In this document: piece after piece, positions 9,654 through 19,540 of the stretch
How the letters are laid out: every line of letters starts with the position of its first letter
Position numbering within the stretch: the stretch's first letter is position 1
Assembly (NCBI GenBank): GCA_003452395.1
Contig: DMOI01000054.1
Span: 4,003-68,002 of the forward strand
DNA length: 64,000 bases
From: Clostridiales bacterium
Lineage (GTDB): Bacteria; Bacillota; Clostridia; Lachnospirales; UBA12420
Reading direction: 5' to 3'
The notes under the pieces: model-generated
Database searches by the model: none
What the model saw: the letters and a program-made list of their open reading frames with translations, nothing else
What the model was told of the DNA's origin: nothing
Program-made: the position numbers and the translations under genes

Positions 9654-10607
9654 TCACCTCCTCTCATTAATCTTGTTATGAAACTCTTGATATTTTGCTC
9701 CTAAATAAGGATGTCTCCTAATATCTGTTGATTTATCATTTTCAGAGCCACATTTTAGATATTCTCTGTACATTTCAAAAAGCATAATATCCATATTTTC
9801 CTCTGATATAGTGAAATTATCAAGGATATAATTTTTCATACAAAATAAGTCCTCATAATAAAAATTGCTTCCTTTATACTTTGCTATAATACTTTCGTTA
9901 TGTCTCCTATGATAATTAAGAACAGTAGAACAATAGCATATTTTGCCACCCCGCAAGGCATACACATACATAATCCAGTCATAGAAAACGTTAAATTGCT
10001 TCATATACTCGTAAACATTTTTAAGTGCATTTTTCTTAAATACAACCGAGCTAATATTGTAGACAGTATTTTTTATGCATAAATTATTTTCAACAAAGCT
10101 CTTACCATCTACACAAAAATCATCTAAAATCTCTTCCTCATCAATATAGTAATGCTTTAGTTTATTGTTACGTTCATCCACAGGAATTGACTTGCAAAAA
10201 TACACATTAGTTTCATCATCTGCATACATTTTCTTAATATTTTCTAAAAAGTTTCCACTGCAATAATCATCTTGCTCAGCAATCCAAACAAAGTCACTCT
10301 TTGACTTCTTTATTCCTTTAATGATCTGCCTTGCACAACCTTCATTTCGCCAATTTTTAATTATCCGATATTTTATTTTACTAGGTTTTAGTATTTCTTT
10401 TGCTAATTTTAAACTATTATCAGTTGATGCATCATCTAGAAAAACTATCTCATCTGGCTTACTTGTCTGATTAATAATACTGCTAAGCCTGTCCCTCAGA
10501 TACTTTTCGCCATTATAACACAACACAACAACACTTACCTTCATCTGTTTATCGTTGATATTTTTAAAACCAATTTTTTTCAAAAAATTACTTACCATTT
10601 TTCTCAT
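9654..10607 (-). CDS. Family-2 glycosyltransferase
   Basis: 317 aa. VSVVVLCYNGEKYL...IVFLDDASTDNS (GT2 DxD region). RBS AGGAGG. Confidence 0.8.
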   Translation of the reverse strand: MRKMVSNFLKKIGFKNINDKQMKVSVVVLCYNGEKYLRDRLSSIINQTSKPDEIVFLDDASTDNSLKLAKEILKPSKIKYRIIKNWRNEGCARQIIKGIKKSKSDFVWIAEQDDYCSGNFLENIKKMYADDETNVYFCKSIPVDERNNKLKHYYIDEEEILDDFCVDGKSFVENNLCIKNTVYNISSVVFKKNALKNVYEYMKQFNVFYDWIMYVYALRGGKICYCSTVLNYHRRHNESIIAKYKGSNFYYEDLFCMKNYILDNFTISEENMDIMLFEMYREYLKCGSENDKSTDIRRHPYLGAKYQEFHNKINERR

Positions 10608-10723
10608 AAAAATTCCTCCTATTTATAATTATTATATGTTAGTCATTCCCTTAAAGTTACCTTAAATAAGTGACTGAGGTCAAAATATAAGAGGTTAAAG
10701 ATAGCTATTTCACAAAAAGGTTT

Positions 10724-10751
10724 GAGATGGGATCAAGCTTGACCCCATCTC
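10724..10751. repeat. Palindromic hairpin gagatggg-atCAAGCTTGac-cccatctc
   Basis: 8-bp GC-rich stem around the CAAGCTTG palindrome. Shares the TTGACCCCAT word with the elements at 25378 and 21592. Confidence 0.85.
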
Positions 10752-10820
10752 ACTTGTTCATCTCATTTTGGTTGATTTATATAGTATTTATGTACATAGA
10801 GTTTAAACGTCCAATTTCGA

Positions 10821-11228
10821 TTATTCGTCATCATCATCATCATCCGACAAATAATAATGTATTCTTTCAGTTCCTGATGCGATTTGAATAAGAGGAATAT
10901 ATAAAAGTTTTATATTAACATTACTATTTTCTTGGGTAACTTCGCCATAAGGCTTGTCCGAATGATGCTTTTTGTGCTTTTTACCTGATGGCCTTGCAAT
11001 GATACCTCCAAAGTCTTCACTTATTCTATCTGCCAATTTACGTGATATTTCATCAGCAAGTCTTTCAGCAGAGCCGAATTTATTTACGATTTCATCAGTA
11101 CTTGTATTTCCGTAAGCTTTATCAATATATCTGATTATTTCACTTCTTAAACTGCCCTTAAATTCCTCAGGTGCATCTATTTTAGATATTAAATTATCCA
11201 CATATTCCAAGGTTTCTTGATTCAACAT
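10821..11228 (-). CDS. Hypothetical acidic protein with poly-Asp C-terminus
   Basis: 135 aa. RBS GAGGAGGTG. Helical N-terminus, KKHKKHH basic patch, DDDDDDE tail. No family recognised. Confidence 0.5.
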   Translation of the reverse strand: MLNQETLEYVDNLISKIDAPEEFKGSLRSEIIRYIDKAYGNTSTDEIVNKFGSAERLADEISRKLADRISEDFGGIIARPSGKKHKKHHSDKPYGEVTQENSNVNIKLLYIPLIQIASGTERIHYYLSDDDDDDE

Positions 11229-11381
11229 TTCAACACCTCCTCTTTATCGATAGTTATAAACCAACCTAATATATACTATGTGAACAAGCATAAAAAGGTT
11301 CTAAAATAGCTTGTCACAATTAGAAAATATCTACATATATAATATTATACTAGCGTTAACAAAATGAAGGAGTGATTCACT

Positions 11382-13367
11382 ATGGCAGAGCCATATATAC
11401 CCTATGCTATACTAGCAAACGAAAGTGACTGTAGTCTTTACCTTATTGATTTAAACGACTACACTGTTTTTTATAACCTTAAACTCCCTTATAATCCTGT
11501 CGGTATAGATATATCACGTAAAAGTTCGGGTACACTTTCTCTGAAAGATAGTATGATTGCTATTATAAGCAGTGGGGCAAATAAAAAATTTATGACTGTA
11601 GATTTAGGATTACGTACGCCTATCCTTAAAGATACAGAAGATGTTGATTTTTCGATTACGTCCATACGAGATGTAAATTATCTTTATAATCCAACACAAG
11701 TTCGTGCTGTTGGAGTTGGTACAACTCTCGATCCAGGTATTGCAAGCTATACAATCTCTGTAAGAAACACTCTATTCACCTATTCCATTCCGGGTGAATG
11801 CGTTTTTCTAAGTGTAAATGAAGATAACTATCATCGTTTATATTTTTTTGTAACAGATTATACATCAAAAACACTTACTCTTTTTTGGCTGCACCAAAAT
11901 GGAATTATCGAAAAAGACCATGTAGTCGACACATATACAGAACATCCTGTTTATGTAGACCTTGCCTATGGTTGTATATTTGTGCTAACTGAAGAAGGAA
12001 CTCTCTATGGCTACAAATATAATGGACCAGGGGATATAAGTCTGGTAACGCAGACAATTACTAATAATATTGCTCATTCATTTACCCAAAATAGTAGTGT
12101 GCGGGCAATCTACGTTTTATCAGAGCACACCATAGAAGTATTTGAGTTTAACTCGAGTACATATCAATTAACCAAAGTTAATTCTTTCGAGCACAAAAGC
12201 ACAGTTAATGTTCCCATCGGTATAAGAGGTATCGCTTTCAGTAATCCAGCTCAGAAGCTGGTGGTAAGCCTTGCGCCTCATGCTAAGGTGTTCGATTCAA
12301 ATGGGGTACTTCTAAAAGAGCTGGATAATATTGAAGGTGGAACAAAAGGTATTGCTGTATTTGAAAAGCAGGGAATTATTGAGCCAAACGAGATTTTACT
12401 TGCTACTTCCAGTGATGATACATTATATAAGATAGATACACATACTTCCCGCGTTCTATCAACAACCTCACTTAAAGAACACCTTTATCCCCCTCTAAAT
12501 GCTACAAGTATAGCAGCACAAGATAACGGAACTAACTGCATCGTTATGGGTGAAAAAGGATGGTATACAAAAGTTTTTACTGGTGCAGAACAGCCATACA
12601 TTACTTTTCACTGGATGTCTTATGTTAGTGCACACAGCGTTAAATATGGTAAATACGCTTTACTTGCTAGTGGTGGATATAATGAAAATGACGGTATCGA
12701 CTGGATTGATGGCTATAGCTATGTATTTGCAGATGTACAAGGCGTTGAAGAATGTCAGCTTATTTATGGGATATTTTATAAAACGGGGCGTATTAAAGCA
12801 TATGCTGTTTACTATAAAGGTAACATTGGAAGTGTGTATGTAGGTGAAATACAAAACAAAAAAGCACCTGCCGAAATTATGGTAAGTGACTCCCCAATAA
12901 ATATAGCCTTGACTCCTGATGAAAATTTTCTACTAGTAGCATGTTACACTAGTAACAAAGTAGACATTATTGATATAAGCAATATTGAAAATGTATGCAT
13001 TCCAATGTATTATATCCCTTGTCCACCAGAACATAAATATTTCGGTGTTACCCACTCTGTACTAACCAATGAAAAACCACAAACAATAATATATAGTAAA
13101 GTAAAAGACAAAGTATTTGTTTTGACAAAAGATTTTGTGGAAGTTTATACATTTGATCCTGTAGCAAAGACTTTAAATAAATTATTTGAATTTATGCATT
13201 ACCAAACTATTAACCCAATATATGGCGTAAACCAAATGGCGCTGGCCAAAGATGGTAATCGTGCATATATATTAGGTAGTGGTGTCATTAAAGTGTTTGA
13301 TACTGACAATGGTCAATATATTAGAAATCTGTCAGATAGCGACTTTACAAGTATTTATATATATTAA
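11382..13367 (+). CDS. Beta-propeller repeat protein (YVTN/lactonase-like repeats), no signal peptide seen
   Basis: 661 aa. Recurrent blade-like segments, e.g. DSPINIALTPDENFLLVACYTSNKVDIIDIS, GIAFSNPAQKLVVSLAPHAKVFDSNG, LYLIDLNDYTV. RBS AAGGAG. Confidence 0.5.
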   Translation: MAEPYIPYAILANESDCSLYLIDLNDYTVFYNLKLPYNPVGIDISRKSSGTLSLKDSMIAIISSGANKKFMTVDLGLRTPILKDTEDVDFSITSIRDVNYLYNPTQVRAVGVGTTLDPGIASYTISVRNTLFTYSIPGECVFLSVNEDNYHRLYFFVTDYTSKTLTLFWLHQNGIIEKDHVVDTYTEHPVYVDLAYGCIFVLTEEGTLYGYKYNGPGDISLVTQTITNNIAHSFTQNSSVRAIYVLSEHTIEVFEFNSSTYQLTKVNSFEHKSTVNVPIGIRGIAFSNPAQKLVVSLAPHAKVFDSNGVLLKELDNIEGGTKGIAVFEKQGIIEPNEILLATSSDDTLYKIDTHTSRVLSTTSLKEHLYPPLNATSIAAQDNGTNCIVMGEKGWYTKVFTGAEQPYITFHWMSYVSAHSVKYGKYALLASGGYNENDGIDWIDGYSYVFADVQGVEECQLIYGIFYKTGRIKAYAVYYKGNIGSVYVGEIQNKKAPAEIMVSDSPINIALTPDENFLLVACYTSNKVDIIDISNIENVCIPMYYIPCPPEHKYFGVTHSVLTNEKPQTIIYSKVKDKVFVLTKDFVEVYTFDPVAKTLNKLFEFMHYQTINPIYGVNQMALAKDGNRAYILGSGVIKVFDTDNGQYIRNLSDSDFTSIYIY

Positions 13368-13399
13368 AATGTAAAAACGAATAGAATAGGAATAGGGGG

Positions 13400-13421
13400 A
13401 TAGGGTCATTTTTGACCCTAT
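13400..13421. repeat. Hairpin ATAGGGTCA-tttt-TGACCCTAT between convergent genes
   Basis: 9-bp stem with a 4-nt loop. Same GGGTCA/TGACCC core as the other palindromes. Confidence 0.85.
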
Positions 13422-13429
13422 TATCACAT

Positions 13430-15229
13430 TTATTGTTTATACATCATCATTTCCTTATTTTTTATCGCGCCTTCTATCATCCTGCAAAATTTCCCTAATA
13501 ACTTCCCCGTTGCATACCTCTTTTTCACATTCCTGTGACATTGCTTCTTTATTCTAGCAAGCAACTTTTTATCCTCAATAAGCAATGAAATCTTTTCTTC
13601 CCATGCACTTACAGTGTTAGTAGGTACAAGTAATCCGTTTTCTCCATCTTTTACGACCTCATTATATGGATGTAAATCTGCATAAACCCCTGCTGCACCT
13701 ATCGCTCCTATTTCTAGGTACTTATTGGGGCATTTAGACATGGCTGTTCTATTACCCGGTAACGGAGCAATTAAAATCTCAGGTGCCAAATCTTTTATCA
13801 TCTTACAATATATTTGATACGGGATGTGCTCATATGTGATAATATCAAGACCTTCAAATAACGTTTTCTGGTTCTGGCTTAAGCCTCCAAATAACAAAAC
13901 CCTTACATTTTTATATTTCCGTGCTACATTTGATAGTGCACAAAAAGCAGTATCGTCTGCTCTTAATGAGCCAACATAGCCTATCAATATTTTATCTTTC
14001 GTATTCATGCAAAAAATCTTCCGCTTACTACCTTTATATAAATTCAGATCAACATTTACCGGAAATAGTATTGTATTGCCATTGTACGCACTGATATCTG
14101 AACAGAGTAGTTTATTGTAAGTTAACACATAATCGCATATTTTTATCGCTTCTATGAAAGTGTCATACTTCGGATTACCTTTTATAAATTGTCCATAGAG
14201 TTCTGGCAGATCGTGCCCTATACTTAGCCAGTTATCATCAAGCATGTATAAGGTTCTAATATTATCTTCCTTGCATTTATTAATAATTTCAAGTATTTTA
14301 GTATTTCTGCCTCGCACTATTATTACTAAATTTGAACCTTCTACATCTTCAGGACGCAATATATCGTCTAAAATTATTTTGTATGTAGCAAATCCTTTGC
14401 CATATAATTTATCCAAATAATTAAGAAAACCCAACTGGATATGGTGATAATCCCAATATCCACCTATAATGGTAATTTTATAACCTCGCAAATCTTTATA
14501 AAAAAGCTTTTCTGTATTTTTATTTTGTTTATACGGTATTGGTCTGTTTCTTAGTACATAACGATGCACAATATCTTCACCGAAGTAAACGTTCTTTTTA
14601 AACGGATACTGTTTTATGGAAACCTCATTATTTTTCATAGCAGAACCAACTATAGTATATGTAAAATATCTTGCTAGTCTGAGCGTCCACTCCCAATCAA
14701 AGTCTTTTTGCAGAAACTCTGATTCATCAAACTCGCCTATAGTTTTCCACGCTTGTTTAGATATAATAAGGTTATTTAGCTCGAATAATTTTGTACGCTC
14801 TAACCAGCCATATATTAGCGACTGGTTTATGGTTATAGGAACTTCAAAACGATTTTGACTAGTAATAGCGTATACCTCTGAATCTAGTCTAGGATTCCTG
14901 GCAAAGTCCTGTACAAGTTTATCAATGTAACAACCTGCCCATGAAAATGATACGTACTCCGTAATTACATGATTAAAAGCTACATTTAACAGCTTTGCTG
15001 GTAAATGTAGTTCTTCATGATGCCTAATGATTTTTATATATTTAAATTGTGTCTCTAGATTTTGTATTAGCGAATATTCTAACAAACACATTCCATCTAT
15101 AACTATAATAAGCATAATATAATCTTTTACTTCTCTTAAGCTCTCAATTGTTTTCATAAGTAATTCTTCTGTTTCCTTTATTTCCCCAAAGCATGCTAAT
15201 ATGACAGTTAATTTTATATTTTCACTCAT
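13430..15229 (-). CDS. Two-domain glycosyltransferase (N-terminal GT-A-like, C-terminal GT-B group-1-like)
   Basis: Start set at MSENIKLTVILACF (ATG 15229, RBS AGAGGTG). The C-terminus KYLEIGAIGAAGVYADLHPYNEVVKDGENGLLV resembles the group-1 GT nucleotide-binding region. Confidence 0.65.
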   Translation of the reverse strand: MSENIKLTVILACFGEIKETEELLMKTIESLREVKDYIMLIIVIDGMCLLEYSLIQNLETQFKYIKIIRHHEELHLPAKLLNVAFNHVITEYVSFSWAGCYIDKLVQDFARNPRLDSEVYAITSQNRFEVPITINQSLIYGWLERTKLFELNNLIISKQAWKTIGEFDESEFLQKDFDWEWTLRLARYFTYTIVGSAMKNNEVSIKQYPFKKNVYFGEDIVHRYVLRNRPIPYKQNKNTEKLFYKDLRGYKITIIGGYWDYHHIQLGFLNYLDKLYGKGFATYKIILDDILRPEDVEGSNLVIIVRGRNTKILEIINKCKEDNIRTLYMLDDNWLSIGHDLPELYGQFIKGNPKYDTFIEAIKICDYVLTYNKLLCSDISAYNGNTILFPVNVDLNLYKGSKRKIFCMNTKDKILIGYVGSLRADDTAFCALSNVARKYKNVRVLLFGGLSQNQKTLFEGLDIITYEHIPYQIYCKMIKDLAPEILIAPLPGNRTAMSKCPNKYLEIGAIGAAGVYADLHPYNEVVKDGENGLLVPTNTVSAWEEKISLLIEDKKLLARIKKQCHRNVKKRYATGKLLGKFCRMIEGAIKNKEMMMYKQ

Positions 15230-15240
15230 CAATATTTTTA

Positions 15241-16245
15241 TCACCTCTTTTTCAGATTTACGATATACCATTTTATAAAATTTTCTACACCATTATAAAA
15301 TGACGTCTGCGGGTTATAATTTATAAGTCTTTTAGCCTTTTTTATATCCGCAAATGTAATATCCACGTCACCCTGTTGCATTGGCAATCTATTGATCTTA
15401 GCTTTTTTACCAATTACTTGTTCTATGGTGCTTATCATTTCATTTAACGATATTGGGCTTGAGTTCCCTATATTTATTATTTCAAATATTTTTTCTCCAC
15501 TCATTGCTAATCTCATGCTACCCGCTATACCTTCCGTAATATCATCTATATAGGTATAGTCTCTCTTTGTGCTACCATCTCCAAACACGGGTATGCTTTT
15601 ATCGTTTAAAATACAATCTATAAACTTATGAATCGCTAAATCTGGTCTCTGTCCTGGTCCGTATACTGTGAAAAACCTGAGGCATATACAATTGATATCG
15701 TATAGATGATGATACGTATAGCAAATTAGCTCTCCCGCCTTTTTTGTAGCACCATACGGTGAAATTTGAAAATCAACTCTGTCGTCTTCATTAAACGGCA
15801 CTTTCTTATTGTTACCATATACCGATGAAGACGAAGCAGATATTATTTTTTTAACATTATATTCTTTACATTTTTCAAGCAACTTAATTGTCCCACAGAT
15901 ATTGACATCTTGATATAGCAATGGTTCTTGTATCGAGTATCTTACTCCCCCCATAGCTGCAAGATGAATAATTATTTTTATTTTATACTTTTTAAAGATT
16001 TCATCTAGTAAAATAGTATCTCTTATATCTCCTTTATACAAAACTAGATTATCATTTGCAAAATCATTTTGCTTTAATATATCATTTATCTCAGATATGT
16101 TTTTTTCTTTTATACTCACATCATAATAATCATTAAAGTTATCTAATATAATTATTTTCTCTCCTAGCATTAAAAGCTTTTTTGAAAGGTTTGAACCTAT
16201 AAATCCTGCTCCTCCAGTTATTAATATATATCCCATTTTATACAT
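15241..16245 (-). CDS. NAD-dependent sugar epimerase (UDP-glucuronate 4-epimerase-like)
   Basis: 334 aa. ILITGGAGFIGSNL and YGATKKAGEL (Y-x3-K). Its ATG overlaps the stop of the upstream GT (TAATG). Confidence 0.8.
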   Translation of the reverse strand: MYKMGYILITGGAGFIGSNLSKKLLMLGEKIIILDNFNDYYDVSIKEKNISEINDILKQNDFANDNLVLYKGDIRDTILLDEIFKKYKIKIIIHLAAMGGVRYSIQEPLLYQDVNICGTIKLLEKCKEYNVKKIISASSSSVYGNNKKVPFNEDDRVDFQISPYGATKKAGELICYTYHHLYDINCICLRFFTVYGPGQRPDLAIHKFIDCILNDKSIPVFGDGSTKRDYTYIDDITEGIAGSMRLAMSGEKIFEIINIGNSSPISLNEMISTIEQVIGKKAKINRLPMQQGDVDITFADIKKAKRLINYNPQTSFYNGVENFIKWYIVNLKKR

Positions 16246-19200
16246 TAACTAGTACTTATCTCTTCTAATATATTAGGAGGAGGATTGTTTTTACTTTCTT
16301 CAAATGCTTCATTGTACAGGTTTACTAATTCAGATTTTATAAAGTCATATTTGGCTACCATTCTTACAGTATTATTTGCATTGGTTAACATATCTACTTT
16401 TTCACCATTATTTAAATTTATCGCTTTTTCTAAGCCTTCTTGCAAAGATTTCTCATCATAACCCTTGCAAATAATACCACTGTAATTATCTTTTATTATT
16501 TCCAAAACTCCACCCACATCTGTAGATACTACTAGTACGCCCGCAGCCATTGCTTGAAGAATAGTTTGTGGAGTCGATTCATCCATGGATGAACATAATA
16601 AAATATTACAATTCGCATAATAATCCTCTGGGTTTTCCGTAAATCCTCTGATATTAACGTACTCTTCTAGCCTATTTTCACTTATTATTTTCTTGCATTC
16701 TTCAGCGTAGCTTACTAGCAAGTTATCGTAGCCTATTAGGTCCAAAAATACATTGTAGCCTTTTTCTCTAAGCAAAGCTACTGCTTTTATAGCATTCGAT
16801 TGATTTTTTCTTTCTTGTAATGTTCCGGATAATAGAATCTTAATCTTTTCCTTACTTCTGCTTACATTATCTACATTATCATCATAATAAGAAAAGAAGT
16901 TATCATCTATCGCACAGCACATTTTTCTTGCTGGTACTAGCAAATTATCTGACCACATTTTTGCATATTTATTTGAGGATGAGTGAACTATATCAATTAA
17001 TTTATTCTTTCTTATATCATCTTTTGAAACTTCATTTTTATAAAACTGATGCAGCGTTGCTACATGTGGTATTTTGTTTACTTTACATGCAATCCCAACT
17101 GATGTATTGTATGTCACAGAGTGTACAAGCCCCACGTTATTCCAACTAAACCAATTCGCTAACCCTCTTGCATCTTCTATATCTTGTGCATTAGGTTTTA
17201 CTAGTTCGACGTATCTACTAAACTTTAGTATATTTACATTTAAATTGTATCTTTGAACGTACTGTGATAAATCTTTTATCTGTTCTTGAATTGTCGTTGT
17301 ACAAAGTAACACTTCAAAGCCAAGCTCCCTGAGCATTAGTGCATGCTTTAATAAATGTAGCGTTGCTCCTCCTAGATAGGCATCATGAAAGAAATACGCT
17401 ATTTTTTTACCTCTCATTTTAGAGTAAAGCTCTGCAGTCTCTAGTGCAGTTATAAAAGAATACACTTGTGCTTCTGTAGAGTAATTTTCTATAATGTATT
17501 TCTTAGCATTATTAAACATTTTCATTCTCTCTTCTTCTTTTAAATTTATAGCCTTATCTATTGTCTTTTCCCAATTTTCTAGTCCTTCGTCCACTTTTAT
17601 ACACATATTATCTGGGATATTCTTATACGGACTTACATTTGAAAATATCCCAACAGCTCCTGCAACAGTGCCTTCAAGAAACTTTATTGCACTTTTACTC
17701 AAAGCTGCATCCTTTTTGCTATTTAGCGGACATATATGATAATGAAAAAATGAATTTTTAACAGCACATAAATAATTATCATAGCTATGCGTAAATGGTC
17801 TATAATATACTTCGCAGTCTAACTCTCCAAACTCTTTCGGATTCATACCCCACAAATGAAACTCTATTTTTTTCTTATACTTTTTTGATATCTTTTTTAA
17901 CAATTCCCACATTTCTTTTAGTTCATTTTTCCTTACATACCCCGAAAACATTCCAATTTTAATTTTTTTAGATTTTGCGTTCTTTTTAGTACTCACATAT
18001 TCATATGGTATGTTGGTCTTAAGTTCGATTATATTTTTATTATACTTCTTACAATCATCAGTAATTATTGGATTATAACTAACTACCAAGTCACTGCCAG
18101 ATACCTGCTTTTCTAATTCTATATATCCCTGTGCTGTAGGTTTTAAGTATGAAAACTCCTCTCCCAATTCATGAAACTTAAACATGTTATCATCCATTAT
18201 ATACATTACAGGCTTGCCTTGATTTTTATTGTCTTCGAGTAGCTTAGTAGAGTTTACACCTATTGTTCTATATAACGCCAAAATATCATGATCATAATCA
18301 GCATCAGTAAAAATACTTTGTGACCCTTCATCTAAGAAAAAGTAGTTGTACGGAAAATTGGCTATTCTATTCGTATAATTTTTAATAGTTACATCTACTG
18401 ATGTTGAGAAATCGCATTTAGTAACCAATAACCTTCTAAGTCTCGGTCTCGATAAGTTTGCAATATATTTATCATTTTTTTCTAGATAGTAACTATTTTG
18501 TGTAATATATGGAGTAATCTCAAATCTTTTTAAGTAATCTATTTCTTTTTGTCTAAAGTAATGATTATATTTATTTTCTATATCATCTACATCATATTCT
18601 GATATGTTATCATACCTTAGAAAATCATTTCTAGGTATTTCGATATATTTTCTAATATTAGATAACTTTGTGACATTATAATCTATCATATCTGCAAGCG
18701 AGTTCTTTTCTCCAGCATGTACTCTTGAAATCATCTTATCCACCCATATAAACGGCACCTCTTTTCCCATTCTAAGCCACAAGTCATAATCCGAAAATCT
18801 CCTCATTAATATATGAGGGTCATATAGCCCAACTAGATCGAATATGCTCCTATCATGCATAACTGAATTATTTGCTATATAATTATAATTCATTAACAAT
18901 CCATAATTAAACTCTTTGCCAAAAATTGTTTCTACTACATTACCATCTGGTGATTTTATTTCAGCTTTGCAATTTCCATATACAACGCAAGGATAATCCT
19001 TTGTTTTAATTTCGTTATATAGTACTTCTAGAAAGTTCGGGAGGTATTCATCATCATCAAATTGATAACATATATACTTCCCTCTTGCATGTATAATTCC
19101 CTCATTTACTCTAAGCGCAGGTAGACCTGAGTTTTTTTCATGTCTTATTATAACTACTCTTGAATCTTTTCTTTGATACTCCTTTAATATTTCAAAGGTA

Positions 19201-19397
19201 CCATCTTTCGAGCCATCGTCTATTATTATGAACTCAAAATTTTTAAATGTTTGATTTAGTACGCTATCTATAGCCCTACTTAAATAAACTGCCCCTCTAC
19301 AATATGTAGGCATAATTATACTTACAATAGGACTCTTCATTCTTTTATTTTTATTAATTATTTGCAAATCTTCCATCAATTTTCCTGCTTTAAGCAT
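16245..19397 (-). CDS. Three-module glycosyltransferase (GT2 + central GT-B-like + C-terminal GT4-like)
   Basis: 1050 aa. N-terminus IVSIIMPTYCRG...FIIIDDGSKDGT (GT2). C-terminus SMDESTPQTILQAMAAGVLVVSTDVGG (GT4 E-x7-E region). The middle region resembles the C-domain of the 599-aa GT. RBS GAAGGAGG. Confidence 0.75.
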   Translation of the reverse strand: MLKAGKLMEDLQIINKNKRMKSPIVSIIMPTYCRGAVYLSRAIDSVLNQTFKNFEFIIIDDGSKDGTFEILKEYQRKDSRVVIIRHEKNSGLPALRVNEGIIHARGKYICYQFDDDEYLPNFLEVLYNEIKTKDYPCVVYGNCKAEIKSPDGNVVETIFGKEFNYGLLMNYNYIANNSVMHDRSIFDLVGLYDPHILMRRFSDYDLWLRMGKEVPFIWVDKMISRVHAGEKNSLADMIDYNVTKLSNIRKYIEIPRNDFLRYDNISEYDVDDIENKYNHYFRQKEIDYLKRFEITPYITQNSYYLEKNDKYIANLSRPRLRRLLVTKCDFSTSVDVTIKNYTNRIANFPYNYFFLDEGSQSIFTDADYDHDILALYRTIGVNSTKLLEDNKNQGKPVMYIMDDNMFKFHELGEEFSYLKPTAQGYIELEKQVSGSDLVVSYNPIITDDCKKYNKNIIELKTNIPYEYVSTKKNAKSKKIKIGMFSGYVRKNELKEMWELLKKISKKYKKKIEFHLWGMNPKEFGELDCEVYYRPFTHSYDNYLCAVKNSFFHYHICPLNSKKDAALSKSAIKFLEGTVAGAVGIFSNVSPYKNIPDNMCIKVDEGLENWEKTIDKAINLKEEERMKMFNNAKKYIIENYSTEAQVYSFITALETAELYSKMRGKKIAYFFHDAYLGGATLHLLKHALMLRELGFEVLLCTTTIQEQIKDLSQYVQRYNLNVNILKFSRYVELVKPNAQDIEDARGLANWFSWNNVGLVHSVTYNTSVGIACKVNKIPHVATLHQFYKNEVSKDDIRKNKLIDIVHSSSNKYAKMWSDNLLVPARKMCCAIDDNFFSYYDDNVDNVSRSKEKIKILLSGTLQERKNQSNAIKAVALLREKGYNVFLDLIGYDNLLVSYAEECKKIISENRLEEYVNIRGFTENPEDYYANCNILLCSSMDESTPQTILQAMAAGVLVVSTDVGGVLEIIKDNYSGIICKGYDEKSLQEGLEKAINLNNGEKVDMLTNANNTVRMVAKYDFIKSELVNLYNEAFEESKNNPPPNILEEISTS

Positions 19398-19500
19398 TTT
19401 TACCTCCTTCCTGTATTGTACGCACTTATACGCTACATGTTAACTATTAATCTCTTCTTCTCACTATTATATTTTTAAAATACAAAAAGGGTGATAATGT

Positions 19501-19536
19501 AAAAGGTCTGGCATGTGATTTGCGTGCCCGACCTTT
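19501..19536 (-). terminator. Hairpin terminator after the gvp cluster
   Basis: AAAGGTC-GGCA...TGCC-GACCTTT stem immediately downstream of the stop at 19541. The U-tract on the minus strand is only moderate. Confidence 0.55.
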
Positions 19537-19540
19537 TACA

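Noticed and set aside
12550-12854. ORFs nested in or antisense to the beta-propeller gene.
   Set aside because: They are alternative-frame shadows inside a long, uninterrupted 661-codon ORF.
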